Part shown: in pieces, positions 50,529 through 63,228 of the stretch
How the letters are laid out: each line of letters opens with the position of its first letter
Numbering within the stretch: position 1 is the stretch's first letter
Source of the DNA: Phoronis australis
Lineage: Eukaryota; Animalia; Phoronida
Direction of reading: 5' to 3'
Length of the DNA: 64,000 bases
Assembly: GCA_002633005.1 (NCBI GenBank)
Contig: NMRA01000049.1
Span: forward strand, 449,189-513,188
Notes under the pieces: model-generated
The model's input: the letters and a program-made list of their open reading frames with translations, nothing else
Told to the model about the DNA's origin: nothing
Database searches by the model: none
Program-made: the position numbers and the translations under genes

Positions 50529-52495
50529 GTGCACCTACCTGCACATCTGTACCAGCTGCTTTCTTTAGTTGATTTGCCGTAGATAACAGTGCATGGTATT
50601 CTATATAGGTTTTGCTGCTTGACAAAGGTACATAGTCACTGCTGCTCTAAAACGGTGCTGAATTGGTTATTTACGGTAAAATCTCGCCAATTTTAAACTG
50701 AAATAATTGCTGAAATTGTATTTTCATGTTTCAAGGGCTTCTAACATTCTGAATGCCCCGCAAGTTTCGAAATATTGTCTATCGGTAGCTTTGGAGTAGA
50801 ACTTGGATATGGCTAAGCATCATTCTCGTAATGTATATCATTTATGAAAAATAAGAAAATATATTTTCACCTGTCTGTCATATTGTGTCCTAAATTGGTG
50901 AGATTTTGTGGTACTTTCTTCAATGAATAAGCACTATTCATTTTCTGAAAGACTAGGCACAATTTCACTATTATTTTTTTCTGCTGGTTTAGTTGCAATA
51001 GCCCATTTTAAACTCAAGACAATGAAATAGTATCAATTATTTTGGATTCCTCATTTTTGTGATTGACATCTTGTGAAAAAATTCTGATTGAAGAAGTTTA
51101 GAAATTAGATTACCGGTATTTGTCTTGAGTACAACTGCTTTGTTATTGTGAGCTTAGCATGCTGCTTCTAGTCATAGTAAAAGATTTTTGCTTCTTCTAG
51201 TCGAATGGTGTACCTAAATATATGTTCCACATCTTAAATATGCTACGTTTTGCCTCCATTCTATTTCCAACATTGAAGCTATTAAATGTATTACATTGGC
51301 CTCAGGGATATTTTACTTTGCACTTAATGACTGTGATGACGGTTCTTCTGTGGCATTTGATTCTAACGTTTCTCGTTAGTAACCAGTTAAGCTTGTACTG
51401 AGGACGATGTTGTTGAGTGATGATTCGTGTTGAGTGGCTGTTCATACTGTGTCAATGAACTTCTGAGTTACCTGGTTGCCGTGGACACAGATATGATATG
51501 GAACATGTTTATATCTTGGATCTTCAGTTAAAATTAAGAAGACAGACATCTTGCAAGAACATAAGTGGATGCAGGATGTCGATCGGAATCTTATGAAAAG
51601 GAACGTCCTAGTAATTACTAGTTGTTGACAAGTCGATGAAAGTGTTCGTTTTGTATTTTTGTTTAAGACGTGTTTTTTAATCTTAAGATTAGTAACTGAT
51701 GCTGAGCTTGAGCTGAGATTGTTCATTTGGTTTTGTTGACTTCGCGCCCACTCATGCTAATTAATCTCCCAGGTGTGTTCAATGTCTACCCAGGAATCTT
51801 GGGCTTGTATCATTGTCAGGTTAAACTCTATAATAGTCTGATACCTGTTGATTATCTCTGAACAGGGTCACCTGTCATTGTTTTTAGTGGACCGTGTAAA
51901 CTTTTATATAGACTTCCTTCTTTTTATCTTGGAGTGAATTTCCTGCATGTTGCATGAAGCACACGCACGGGATTGTAGATCTGTAGATGTGTGTACTGCT
52001 CTAATTTTGATTTGGCTATTGGTTATTGATTGATTGATTCTTCATTTACATAATGATCAGGTACTTGTTCTTCAGTTTTGACCCTCCTGGAACAGATTGA
52101 CATCGCATTGTGGTCGTGAAATAGTGTCTTTAAAGTTTATTGGTGTACAAGGATTGTGCTGCTGAATTTTATGCGAATCTCAAGATTTTGTCAAGTTAAC
52201 TCAGTGTTATTGGATTTACACCTGCAATGGACGTGGCGCAGTTAAAGTTTTTTATTAAAAGGAATATTCGACTGAAGGCAATTTATTGTACGGATTATCT
52301 TTTATTGGTTTTAGTCAGACCTTGGTATTAAGACTTATGGTAATTATTTGCTTGGTTTCTTTGGCCTTGATTAATGTTTGTAATTTCACGAGATAAACTC
52401 AGTTGTGGGATTGGTAAGCTTTGTAATAAGGCACCAAGGAGTATTCTTTTGTGTCTTGCGATCTATTTGAAGACGACTCTTGAATTTTTTTTCAG

Positions 52496-52597
52496 TGCTT
52501 AGCGTTGGTGAAGAAGGGTTCTGGGAAGGGAAAGTGGACCATCGCGAGGGCTGGTTCCCCAGCGAGAACGTACAAGAGGTCATTATGAGACGGAAAG
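52496..52597 (+). CDS. SHANK: Shank exon, SH3 C-half (VLSVGEEGFWEGKVDHREGWFPSENVQEVIMRRK)
   Basis: ttttttttcAG acceptor, AAG|GTTGGT donor, 102 nt, phase 1-1; VLS.GE.GFWEG....GWFP motif. Confidence 0.96.
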
Positions 52598-54261
52598 GTT
52601 GGTCATGTGTGTGGCTTAGCTGGAAATTTTCATTGGCAATATCTAATGTTAATGTATATCGATAAGCCTTGGGTCTTTCTTCACCCAGTTTTAAATGGGA
52701 GTGTGCTTATGCAGTCATTTTAAACATGGAAAGGTATTGGCAGGATTTTTCGAGGCTGACAAAACACTGTTTTCACCTACAAAATTATTCCCCTGACAAT
52801 TGTTTTTTTGCTGGATATCGAGAGTTAAACTTAATGTAATGTTTTCAAAAAATGTAGCCAAGTCTAGGGTTGTTTGCAAGAAGGGTGTCTGTCCCAACGC
52901 GAGAACTTCACTTGGGAAAGTACTACCTTGTCAAAAAGTTAATAGCATGTGATTAAAAGTTAGTTTCAAAGTGCCTTAAATTGAAGTTGTACTGTAGACA
53001 AATAATACATTGCAGCAAGAAACCTGTCCAAATTTTGTATGTTGCATTTTTGTTACAGATGGTTATGTTCATTTATTGAATTTTGTATTGTGAAGTTGTT
53101 GCCAATTGTTTGTACCCAGTCTTGTTAAAAGTATGAAAATTTTATCCTATCTCAACTTGCGATTCTGTTATCAAAGATGTATTTTATGGTTGTCCGAATG
53201 AAGCACTATCCCATTTTCTTGTAATGCATTTTTTGTAAAATATAACATTGTTTGATTTGCATGAAAACTTTGGTGCTATGTGTCCAATTGGCGTCTTGTG
53301 TGTTTGCTGTTGTGGTATTGCGTTAGCTATTAGACACTAAACTAATTTGAAGTATTATCTCGGCTTAATTGCATTCCTCGTTTGCCATGTATCTGAGTTA
53401 TGAGAAATTAATCTATAAAATGCAGTTGATGACTCCACGGAATGAAATTGTCATCGTGTGATCTGGCGGCAGTTAACTTAGCCAGCATAATATGATGTAG
53501 TTGTTTCCATGAAATTTATGGACAGGTTTATATCTTTTGATGCAGTTTCTGAGTTGAGTGGTTGTCATAAATAATTCTAATAGGTGATTGTTGACAAGAT
53601 ACATCCATTTACAATTGCTTTTGATTTGAATTTGTCATGCTCCAACCATTTGCTCACGATTAGAACCCTTAAGTGCTGGAATGTTCCTTAAACAAATTAC
53701 AAGATATTGGAACTTGATATTCATTACAAATTTGTGAGGGTATTGTACAGTTCCATTGCTAAAGTTCTATCTGCAGGTACTTGCTTCTAATATTAAAATA
53801 CATTTTTGCGATTGCACTTCGAAACGCTTAACTTTGCAATAAAATGTTATTTTAGTGATGGTGGAATGGGAATACTCATTCAATCACTTGCGAGTTTGCA
53901 GACTAATCATTTACCTTACTTTTAATGTGAATGTCTGATATGTATGTTAAAATCTAACCAATTTTGGATTGAGATTATTGTCAAAATTGTCCTCACTTTT
54001 CAATGGTTTCTTCTGTTGCTGGGAATGCTCACGGTTTCCTAAAATGTTGTCTGATAGTAGCTGTGGTGTATAATGTGAAAAAGAAACATTTTGTGTGGTG
54101 ATACAGTTGAACCTCATGATGAACATCAAGTGCCCTTTGTAATCTGTTTATAATAACCAATCATAAGGACACAGTGTAACAGCAGGCCTTAGCACAAACT
54201 CCCGACAGCAAAAGAGCTTGTATCAGCATTTTTTTATAAAACTAACAATAATTTAGAAGAT

Positions 54262-54360
54262 GCAATGTGGCCTGGTTGATAAGTGCCCGCTTTCTTTACT
54301 TGAGGTCATGGGTTCAAGTCCCACCAGGTCACACTGCTAAACCCTTGAGTCAGGTTTCTA
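54262..54360 (+). mobile_element. tRNA-derived SINE head remnant
   Basis: Pol III A box TGGCCTGGTTG (54268-54278) and B box GGTTCAAGTCC (54311-54321), then acccttgagtcagg resembling the cccttgagcaagg SINE body motif; no intact cloverleaf. Confidence 0.65.
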
Positions 54361-54759
54361 GCTCCTCAGCTCGGTTTTAACCATATATTAATAAAGCATA
54401 AAAATATTTCCAGGTGATCAGTGCAATGGACCCACATGCGAGGCTTGCGCACGTCTGGTACAACGTGTATCAGACCGCCTGCAATTATTTTTTATTTTTT
54501 AAAAACAATAATTTCTCAAGAAATCCACTGTGTGTAATCCACCCGGTAAAATTCTGGTCAAATAAACAGAAGCTCTTATCACTTGTGGTATACGTACGTA
54601 CACTAGAATAGAATAAATTGGGACTGAAGTTTGTACATTATACATGTGTTAATGCTCGAAACAGGGTATGTTGTAAATTTCGTGAAAAATCCTCATTTCT
54701 GCCTAAGCTTGTGAAATTTTGCCATATTTGTTTGGGTAATCTAATACATTCCTTTGCAG

Positions 54760-54826
54760 GTGGCGCTCAAGATGATTCAGTTGTGGTGAAGAGGAATACA
54801 TTAGCCGCTCTGGTCAACACACAAAG
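54760..54826 (+). CDS. SHANK: Shank exon, SH3-PDZ linker (GGAQDDSVVVKRNTLAALVNTQ)
   Basis: ctaat branch-like motif plus cctttgcAG, AAG|GTAACA donor, 67 nt, phase 1-2; continues the frame, weak sequence conservation. Confidence 0.75.
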
Positions 54827-57800
54827 GTAACAATAGTTCTTGAGTTTGATATTGTTCTTGCCCCTCCTTCTGTGGTTTTGAGGCCGAGACACTAGGTTTT
54901 GAGTTCGACTGCATGCAGTTTGATGTTCCTAGCAGGCTTCTCACTCAGAATGGAAATGATGTCATTAGCAATACCACAGCTGCAACTGCGTCGAGTAATT
55001 GTCGAATCACACATTTTCTGGAGTTGAACTATATTTTTTATTTGAAATTTTGTGTTCTATGTTTTCCATACTTTTGTGCACTTTTAGTGTGGTTGTGATG
55101 GCAAAGTGAATAAAATTTTGGCTCCGACTCTTTACATAACAGTGGCATTCAATAACAGTTTGCAAAACAAAAATTAAAACGGTCTGTCCTTCCCATTTCT
55201 CATATCATCTTTCCCAATTTATGGTTCCGGCCTTACCGGAAGGTTTGTCCTGCTCAGTTTTGAGTCCGTCCTTTCCAGCGGCAGTCCAAGCTTCATATTG
55301 AATAATGAAGATCATGTGTTAGCTGGATGTTATTTCAACTATGGTGCATTATCCTGAAAATGCTTGCCAGCAACCAACCTGAACTATTGTTAATTTTACA
55401 CATAGAATGTATCGTGTTCAGCCCCATACCATACTAGCACTTCAAATTGTATATTCGATGCAATTGGGTTAAATGTACATGATCCCTAGGCCTGAAATTA
55501 CAAGATAATCCTCGGTTTTTGTAAAAATTTGTCCTAGTGTGATATCTGCACTTATTACATATTTCCATGCTTCAGTTGTAAGCTATCAATAAATGAACCA
55601 TAAAATTCGTCCTCTTTGAAATCTTACTTGACTGTATGTAATACATTGAGATAATATTTCAAAGAATGTGTAATTGCTTTAGGGCCTCACAGTTTGACTA
55701 CATGATAACTGTGTAATAAAGGTGATAATGTCTGTAATATACTTGTCTTAAATGTTGCTTTATGGATTAATATATGTCCTGTCTTGACCGAGTCTAGGTA
55801 TTTATCGAAATATCTACAAAACTATAAATTTAAACGCCATAAAATTGCATACTTTCAGAAAGAAGAAAGCCTTAAAATCTGACCTTTGACTTTTACCACT
55901 CTGCCATTAATTGGGTCACATGATCATGTATTTTCGCTTAAGTTTACCAAAAGAGTAAGGTGCATCGGTAGCAAGTCAAAGGTACTTTTAACAAGACCCC
56001 ACTTTGTTTGATATAAATGACCAAATATGAACTCTCAAAAATGCTGTTACAGTTTTTTTTAATTATTATGTTTTTGTTTGATGCAACTTGAAATATGATT
56101 TTTTTCATTAAGCCACGAAGGTCCTATTTTTGATATCCTCTTATGCTGAAATCAAAGCAGCATTCTGGAGACAAGCTCACAAGCATGACATCAGATCCGA
56201 AAGTTTCATATGAAGCCGATCAGCTGTTTCCGAGTTCTGATATTCGGAAGATAGCCAAATTTAGACATTTTTCTATGATCCTTCATAACCTGAACTCTTA
56301 ATTATAGTCTGCTATAAGTGATGTTGGGTAGAAATTCTCAAAATAACTATTTGATAGTTGTTTTGCTCGGGTATTCCCAGTCTCTCTCCTCTTTATTCAT
56401 AAAGAATTGTACCGCAGCTGTGGAAGGTGCTTAGCTTTCTATGGGTTGGTAAACAGTAGTCCTGTCCTGTGTTGTGTTGATGTGAATTTGCTGGTTGTAT
56501 GGGGAGCAATCCTAATCCTGCTCAGCCCTAGGAGGCTTAGAATTTACCTAAATGTTTTGGCTACAAGTAATTCCGTTTTTGTTCAACATGAATAATAGAA
56601 TACTGTGGTAGCATTAGCTGTTTACTATGTGTTCTAGGTATGAAGAGGCTAACCTATAATGGTGTTAGATTTAGTTGTAGGAAATTACTCCGTTCACTAG
56701 TGTGCTAGTAGCTTTTTCTCATTTAAAAGTACATGTGCTTATCAGCTTGTTATGAAGTTGCATGTAGGATTTTCTCAGTGAGAGTGCACAACATGAGTAT
56801 GGAGGCTCAGATTTGTTGATAAATTTTAGAAGTAAAATTAAAAATAAGTTACATCTAAATCCAGCATTTAAAAAAGAATCTACAATTACTGTTAAAAAAA
56901 TCTGCACAATTCTTTCCATATAGCAGTTACTTCTTCAAGTGCCATAAAATTTTTAAGACTTGCGGGCATTCCGGCAATCCCTTACAGTAAATATATGTCG
57001 ACATAGTGTATCTGTGGTTTAATCATGTTGTCATGTTTAATAGCATTCTTTTGTTGTTTGTTATGGTGATTCATTTTCAAAACATTTTCCTGCTTAAATC
57101 GGAAGAAATAGTAATCTGAAAACAACTGCACTACTGTTTGCTTCTGTTTTGATCCAGAAAAGATAAGTGCCAGCAGGTATCTAGTATAAACCTAGGATGC
57201 AATAAACACTAGTGTAAACTAACAGAGCAAGACCCTTGATGAAACATCTGATGTATTAATCATTGTGGTCAAATTTCGACCTCCAGTGAACCTTACCCTG
57301 TGGTGAATCCTTTTGTCTGGCAAATTAGTTGGGCTACCTGTATGAATAGACCATTTTGTGGTGAACTAGGGGTGCACTGTTAACAATGGACTGAATTGTG
57401 ATTTGCTCATTCCAGTTGTCAAAAGGGTTTAGTGTGTTGGTTAAAGGCATGGTGATGTCTCATTGGGATAGCATTTGTGTCTGTGTTGGCCTGGCTCTGT
57501 GCAGTGTGGTCTGTAGAAGTTTCGTGTTGTGGAAGAGATTTGGGTTCATTGCACAGCCACCAAGGATACAGACCTGCATATTTTTGTTGGGACTTGAAAA
57601 GAGTTACGTCGTTGAGAGTTTGGTGGGACAAGAAAACTTTTTCAGTGGTGCTTCAAGAACAACATAACGGTTGCCTTGGTTATAGTTTTGTCGATGTAAA
57701 GTAAATTTGGGATGATAATGGAAAGTCAGCTGACGGTGTGTATTCAAGTGTTAAAGTATAACTTCACTGGAGTTGCTATGGTAGCCTATTCATAGCAGTG

Positions 57801-58301
57801 GAGAGTTACAGGAAATGATTCTACATCGTACTCGGAAATTTACTTGTGCCGGAAATTTATTTACGACGATAATTTATATGCGACAAGATTTGACGTGGAT
57901 AGTGCTACCTTTGTGAAGACACTCGGACGACTTCAAACACTTCCAAGGTGTTTTTCTTCATTATTGTGACCTTCTGAGATATCAGTTCTTCACACAAGAG
58001 GGTCAAGTGTGTAATTAAATATCTATGAGGACAACTACTGCTATTTATTGCCATTTATGTTTATTATATTCTGGCAGTGTCCGTTAAGGATTTCCTTTGA
58101 CCAGGTGATAAGTCAGCACTGTCCAGTGAGTAATCCACTGATGTGTGGGAGCATTTGTGTTCATGGAATTCCTGGAGACATAAAGGTCTTATTGGTTTAG
58201 CTCATTGTGACTAAACAGATTGTGTGATTCTATTGTGGAAGGAGTGTTTTTGCTGATAAACAAAAATAATGTCAGACATTCCTTTGTCCTGTACTACCTA
58301 G

Positions 58302-61020
58302 GAAGACTGGTCATTGAGGAGACTGTGCCTCTGTCAGGGTTTGATTTGTTGTGTAATGCTGCTGAGATTGCCAGAAAAATGACACAACGGGCTATTAAAA
58401 AGCGATTTCCCGATGGCAACCATACAGGTAGTCCCACATTAACTAGCTGTCTCAATAGGGAGAGGAATGTGTTACCTGTCGTATGGCCTGTTGATGCTGG
58501 TTCTGTAGTGGCTGAAAGATCCGAGATCCAGTCAAATTCACGTGTTTTGGATAACACAAAAGAACGTAGTCTCAGCACCAGTTGTTTGGTTAGTCCTTTT
58601 GAGGATGATTTGGAACAGAGGAGAAACGGTTTCCACACTAGGTATCGCACGTTTATGGCCGGCTTGAAAGAAGCGTTTAAACTGAAAACCTCTTTCAAGA
58701 ATGGAAGAAAGAAACTTGAAGTCACGTTTACTGATTTTGTTGAAACTGAGACAATTTCCAGTTTTGAATCATCTGTGGATAGTGATACACCCGCTTCACC
58801 CAATAGTATTCTTGTAAAGAGGAAAAATAGCACCTTTCCAAGGTCACGAAAGGTGGTGCGATTCGCCAGCGCCGACGATTTATTTGATATTAGCAAGAAA
58901 AAGAATTTTGACTGGAAATCTAGTGTATCTTTGTTCTCTCAGGAAAATACTGTCCAATCCACAGCTGAGTTGCAGCAAAATCACGCGAAACAACAGATTC
59001 GACATGCAGAGACCTCTAGCAGGGGTGGGAGTAGTACAGAAGTGTCAGTAGGATTTGAAGAGCAAGAGGCGTTATCAGTACTAAACAGATATCTGGAGTC
59101 AATATCTGATGATGACAATGTTGAGGTTTGTGCTAAAAATGATGCGTCTGTGAGCGGTGTGGACGGCGTGAATCTACAGGATCTCGATATGACATCTGCT
59201 TTCAAGGAATTCATTCCATGTGAGGTAGACAGTAATGTTGATCATTTGCCTTCTGCTTGCAAGCAATCAGAGCTTCAAGTAAAGTGTGAAAATTTACCAG
59301 TTGAATATCTAGTGACGAGGACTAGTGGAGACAGGATGCAGTATAGAACTGTTGTCAAAATTGATCTGACTCCTGCAGTTCCAGCGGTTCCGGCGACTGA
59401 ACCAACAAACGAGAGCTCAACAAAGCTGCAATCATTTACTTATAGTTCAGATGATGTGCATCAGTACAGAGAAACAAACAAATATCGCCAGTTCATTGGA
59501 ACAAATTTTACTGAAGGAGCAGAAGCTCCCAAAGATTTGCCATGCGGTACTCAGACAAAAAGAAACCATTGCTCTGACTTCGAAAATTTTCCCAAAAATT
59601 TATCTGCTGTCCACCCAGTAAGGGGCAATAGTTTCAAATGTACTGATAACTCTGATTATTTTGAAGATTGTGTCACAGATGAACATGTTGATGGAAGCCA
59701 ACCTGATCTTTATTCCGAGTTATCAGATAAGATAAAACCTGCTGAGGAAGTGTCCCATGACTTTTTGTCGCTCATTGTTTCTGACGCAGCAAAGAAACGC
59801 GGTCAGGTTTCGTCTGTAAGCTCAGATGTTTCCGTTAAGAAGCATCGGGTAAAACCACCGATCCCACCAAGGCCTGCACATCTTTCACGTTCTTCACTGA
59901 AGGAAATATTTGTAGGGAAAAAGGATTCAGTGGAAAAGTATTTGGGAATTGAAGGAGTGCGAACTGAAGGAGTAAGAGATACTGATTGTAACACCCAACA
60001 CGAGTCGGAAAACATTGAGGAGGCTACCATTGCTCATATTTTAGCTCATGATCCTTTACCAGTCCGCAACAGTTGTGAAATAGAGTCTTTATCTCCAGGG
60101 TTTGCCTGTGGCAGACGACATGAAAAACAGACGTGTCCTGAAGGGAATAATGTTTCAAAAGTTCCAATGCGCGTCATTGTGCATGATATCCCTATAGAGG
60201 GCACTGATATTTCTGATGACAGTATGAAACGTGGAGTAATTAGTGAGCTTAAAACAAGTGTCACTACTGGTGTTGGAGAGCATTACAAAAAACGACCCAC
60301 ACCAGCACCCCCTATCCAACAGTTCAGACATCGCAGCAAAAGTCTCCCTGATGGCAATAATTTATGTGTCAGCTGTGTTCAGCTTGTGGACAGACAGCTG
60401 AGTCCTAACCCTCCAGGTATAGTTCGCAAATGCAAAGCACCATCACCACCAGTTTTACAGGATAAATCCCTGCACCAGAGTTTACCTGAACTTCACCAGG
60501 ATACCCCACTGGAGCTGTTTGCGGAATCTGATCAGACTGCATGTACTGAGCCAGTGACTTTTCCTGTGTTTGTGAGCACGCCTGGGAGAAGTGACCGCGA
60601 GCGTAATAATTTGAAATGTGTCAAAGGTAACGACGTCGGGGAAAACTGGAGGGACAGGTCCAATAAAAAGTACTCGCATACTTTACCCCGGAATTTTGGA
60701 AGATTGCTCAATTATTTTAGAGATTTGTCTTCGGAAAAACCTGATGCTGTGAAAGACAAGGATAGGTCCGTAAGTGGGAGTTCGACGTTGAAGAAGAGAA
60801 TGGGAAAAAAGCCTTCCCTGCCAGAACACTGGACAGATGCATCTGTCAATGGTGGCGGTGATCGGCTATATGAAACAGCGCAAACGACCGAGTCACAACC
60901 TATCTCTGCTGATGTTAAAAAACGTGGCAAAGAGTCTAGGAAAAAGAGAAGATCTGGCTTGTTCAGGTCTAAAAGTACTCCTGACCTCACTGCACATTAT
61001 GACCTTGCTCAGTTTTATAG
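58302..61020 (+). CDS. Giant alternative Shank exon (or alternative first coding exon from ATG 58379), ~880-900 aa predicted disordered region
   Basis: Stop-free ORF 58220-61024; the stop lies just inside a consensus donor TAT AG|GTAAAG (phase 2). Possible phase-1 acceptors end at 58301 and 58337; first ATG 58379. Ser/Glu/Asp/Lys/Pro-rich with no recognisable folded or transposon domain. 5' boundary uncertain. Confidence 0.75.
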
Positions 61021-63228
61021 GTAAAGTATCCCGGGTTGTCTGTACACAGACCAACGTGGTTGTAACTCTTATGCTGTTGTTACCTTTCACACCAGCTGTT
61101 AAAACTGATTGTAGTTTTAGTCGCTAGTTGTTGGGTGTTATTGCCTTCCGATTCACTCGTTAGTATGCGGGTGCACCATTGTTTCCAGCGCCTCCTAACT
61201 GAGTTATAACGTTTAGAACTGCTGTGTTCACATTGAGTTTCAACGGGGAATAACCCCTCACTAAACCACGCTTCAGTTACAGCTTAGAACTGCTGTGTTC
61301 GCACTGATTTAAAATGATAATTGCCTCTCACTAAAGCGTGCTACAGTCAAAACTTTAAAACCAGTTTTAAAGTGTTCAGACTGTGAGTTATAACTTTTAG
61401 AACAGGTTTAAAAGCAGTAACCGCTTTGGTGTGAATGGCACTGTACATTGGTGTTGTGTTAGCGATGGGCCATGTTCAGTTAGTATAACTGAACTGCTTT
61501 CTATTGGTCCTGTTTATGGCAATTCTTGTGATAGACAGGAGTGTTATGAACAAGTGGGTTAATTACAGGGCAAAGAGTCTAGTCTGGTGAATGGCAGTTC
61601 ATGAGTGAGGAACACTGATTAGCCTCTCACAGAAATATGGGCCTAGAATGATCTGGTCAAATTTTAAGTTTTGTTATTGAGTTCGATAAAACCTCGTCAA
61701 TTTAGAGCTCAGTGTGGCGGATAGGTGGAATTCATTTTATTATTTCATGACACATGGTATCAAGATAGCACTTTGCTATATGCAAGCTCTGTGACACAGC
61801 TATTAACAGACAATGTTTTCAAGAAATCATGGGCATTCACAACAATGGTAGAAGCTTGTGAAAAGTTAAAAAAATGATTTTTTTTTGATTGTTTTTGTCT
61901 AAAATTGGNGCCTGGGAGAAGTGACCGCGAGCGTAATAATTTGAAATGTGTCAAAGGTAACGACGTCGGGGAAAACTGGAGGGACAGGTCCGATAAAAAG
62001 TACTCGCATACTTTACCCCGGAATTTTGGAAGATTGCTCAATTATTTTAGAGATTTGTCTTCGGAAAAACTTGATGCTGTGAAAGACAAGGATAGGTCCG
62101 TAAGTGGGAGTTCGACGTTGAAGAAGAGAATGGGAAAAAAGCCTTCCCTGCCAGAACACTGGACAGATGCATCTGTCAATGGCGGTGGTGATCGGCTATA
62201 TGAAACAGTACAAACGACCGAGTCGCTACCTATCTCTGCTGACATTAAAAAACGTGGCAAAGAGTCTAGGAAAAAGAGAATATCTGGCTTGTTCAGGTCT
62301 AAAAGTACTCCTGACCTCACCACACATTATGACCTCGCTCAGTTTTATAGGTAAAGTATCCCGGGTTGTCTATACACAGACCAACGTGGTTGTAACTCTT
62401 ATGCTGTTGTTACCTTTCACATCAGCTGTTAAAACTGATTGTAGTTTTAGTCGCTAGTTGTTGGGTGTTATTGCCTTCCGATTCACTCGTTAGTATGTGG
62501 GTGCACCATTGTTTCCAGCGCCTCCTAGCTGAGTTATAACGTTTAGAACTGCTGTGTTCTCATTGAGTTTCAACGGGATAACCCCTCACTAAACCACGCT
62601 ACAGTTACAACTTAGAACTGCTGCGTTCGCACTGATTTAAAACGATAATAGCCTCTCACTAAAGCGCGCTACAGTCAAAACTTTAAAACCAGTTTTAAAG
62701 TGTTCAGACTGCGAGTTATAACTTTTAGAACAGGTTTAAAAGCAGTAACCGCTTTGGTGTGAATGGCACTGTACATTGGTGTTGTGTTAGCGATGGGCCA
62801 TGTTCCGTTGGTATAACTGAACTGCTTTCTATTGGTCCTGTGTATGGCAATTCTTGTGATCGACAGGAGTGTAATGAATGAGTGGGTAATTACAGGGTTG
62901 CCAGTTGGTGAATGGCAGTTCATGAGTGAGGAACACTGATTAGCCTCTCACAGAAATATGGGCCTGGAATGATCTGGTCAAGTTTTAAGTTTTGTTATTG
63001 AGTTCGATAAAACCTCGTCAATTTAGAGCTCAGTGTGACAGATAGGTGGAATTCGTTGTATTTTTTCATGACACATGGTACCAAGATAGCACTTTGCTAT
63101 ATGCAAGCTCTGTGACACAGCTATTAACAGACAATGTTTTCAAGAAATCATGGGCATTCACAACAATGGTAGAAGCTTGTGAAAAGTTAAAAAAATGATT
63201 TTTTTTGATTGTTTTTGTCTAAAATTGG
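60580..63228. repeat. ~1.33 kb tandem duplicate (60580-61908 / 61910-63228) joined by a single N; probable uncollapsed haplotypes
   Basis: Junction is exactly at N 61909; copies differ by scattered SNPs and small non-coding indels. Confidence 0.9.
61910..62350 (+). other. Second, probably allelic, copy of the last 441 nt of the giant exon
   Basis: Starts right after N at 61909; 14 substitutions and no indels versus 60580-61020; same donor. Confidence 0.85.

Larger units (their letters stand above)
29253..61020 (+). other. SHANK: Shank/ProSAP family gene (SH3 and multiple ankyrin repeat domains), partial: SPN-ANK-SH3 portion
   Basis: 13 phase-compatible GT-AG exons splice into 557 codons with hallmark Shank motifs (LNYGLYCPP..GRAGKFLDEER, FKYKRRVY, GLDPNF, GAHLDFR, QHLEHLLFYGAD, ESCARVLLFRGA, RRLYAALPGR, VLSVGEEGFWEG). 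5' non-coding exons and the 3' part are not resolved. Confidence 0.97.

Noticed and set aside
54262-54335. Possible tRNA gene
   Set aside because: A and B boxes are present but the acceptor and anticodon stems do not fold; better explained as a SINE head.
58294-60990. Several antisense ORFs up to 200 aa
   Set aside because: Shadow frames of the long sense ORF with no independent coding signal.
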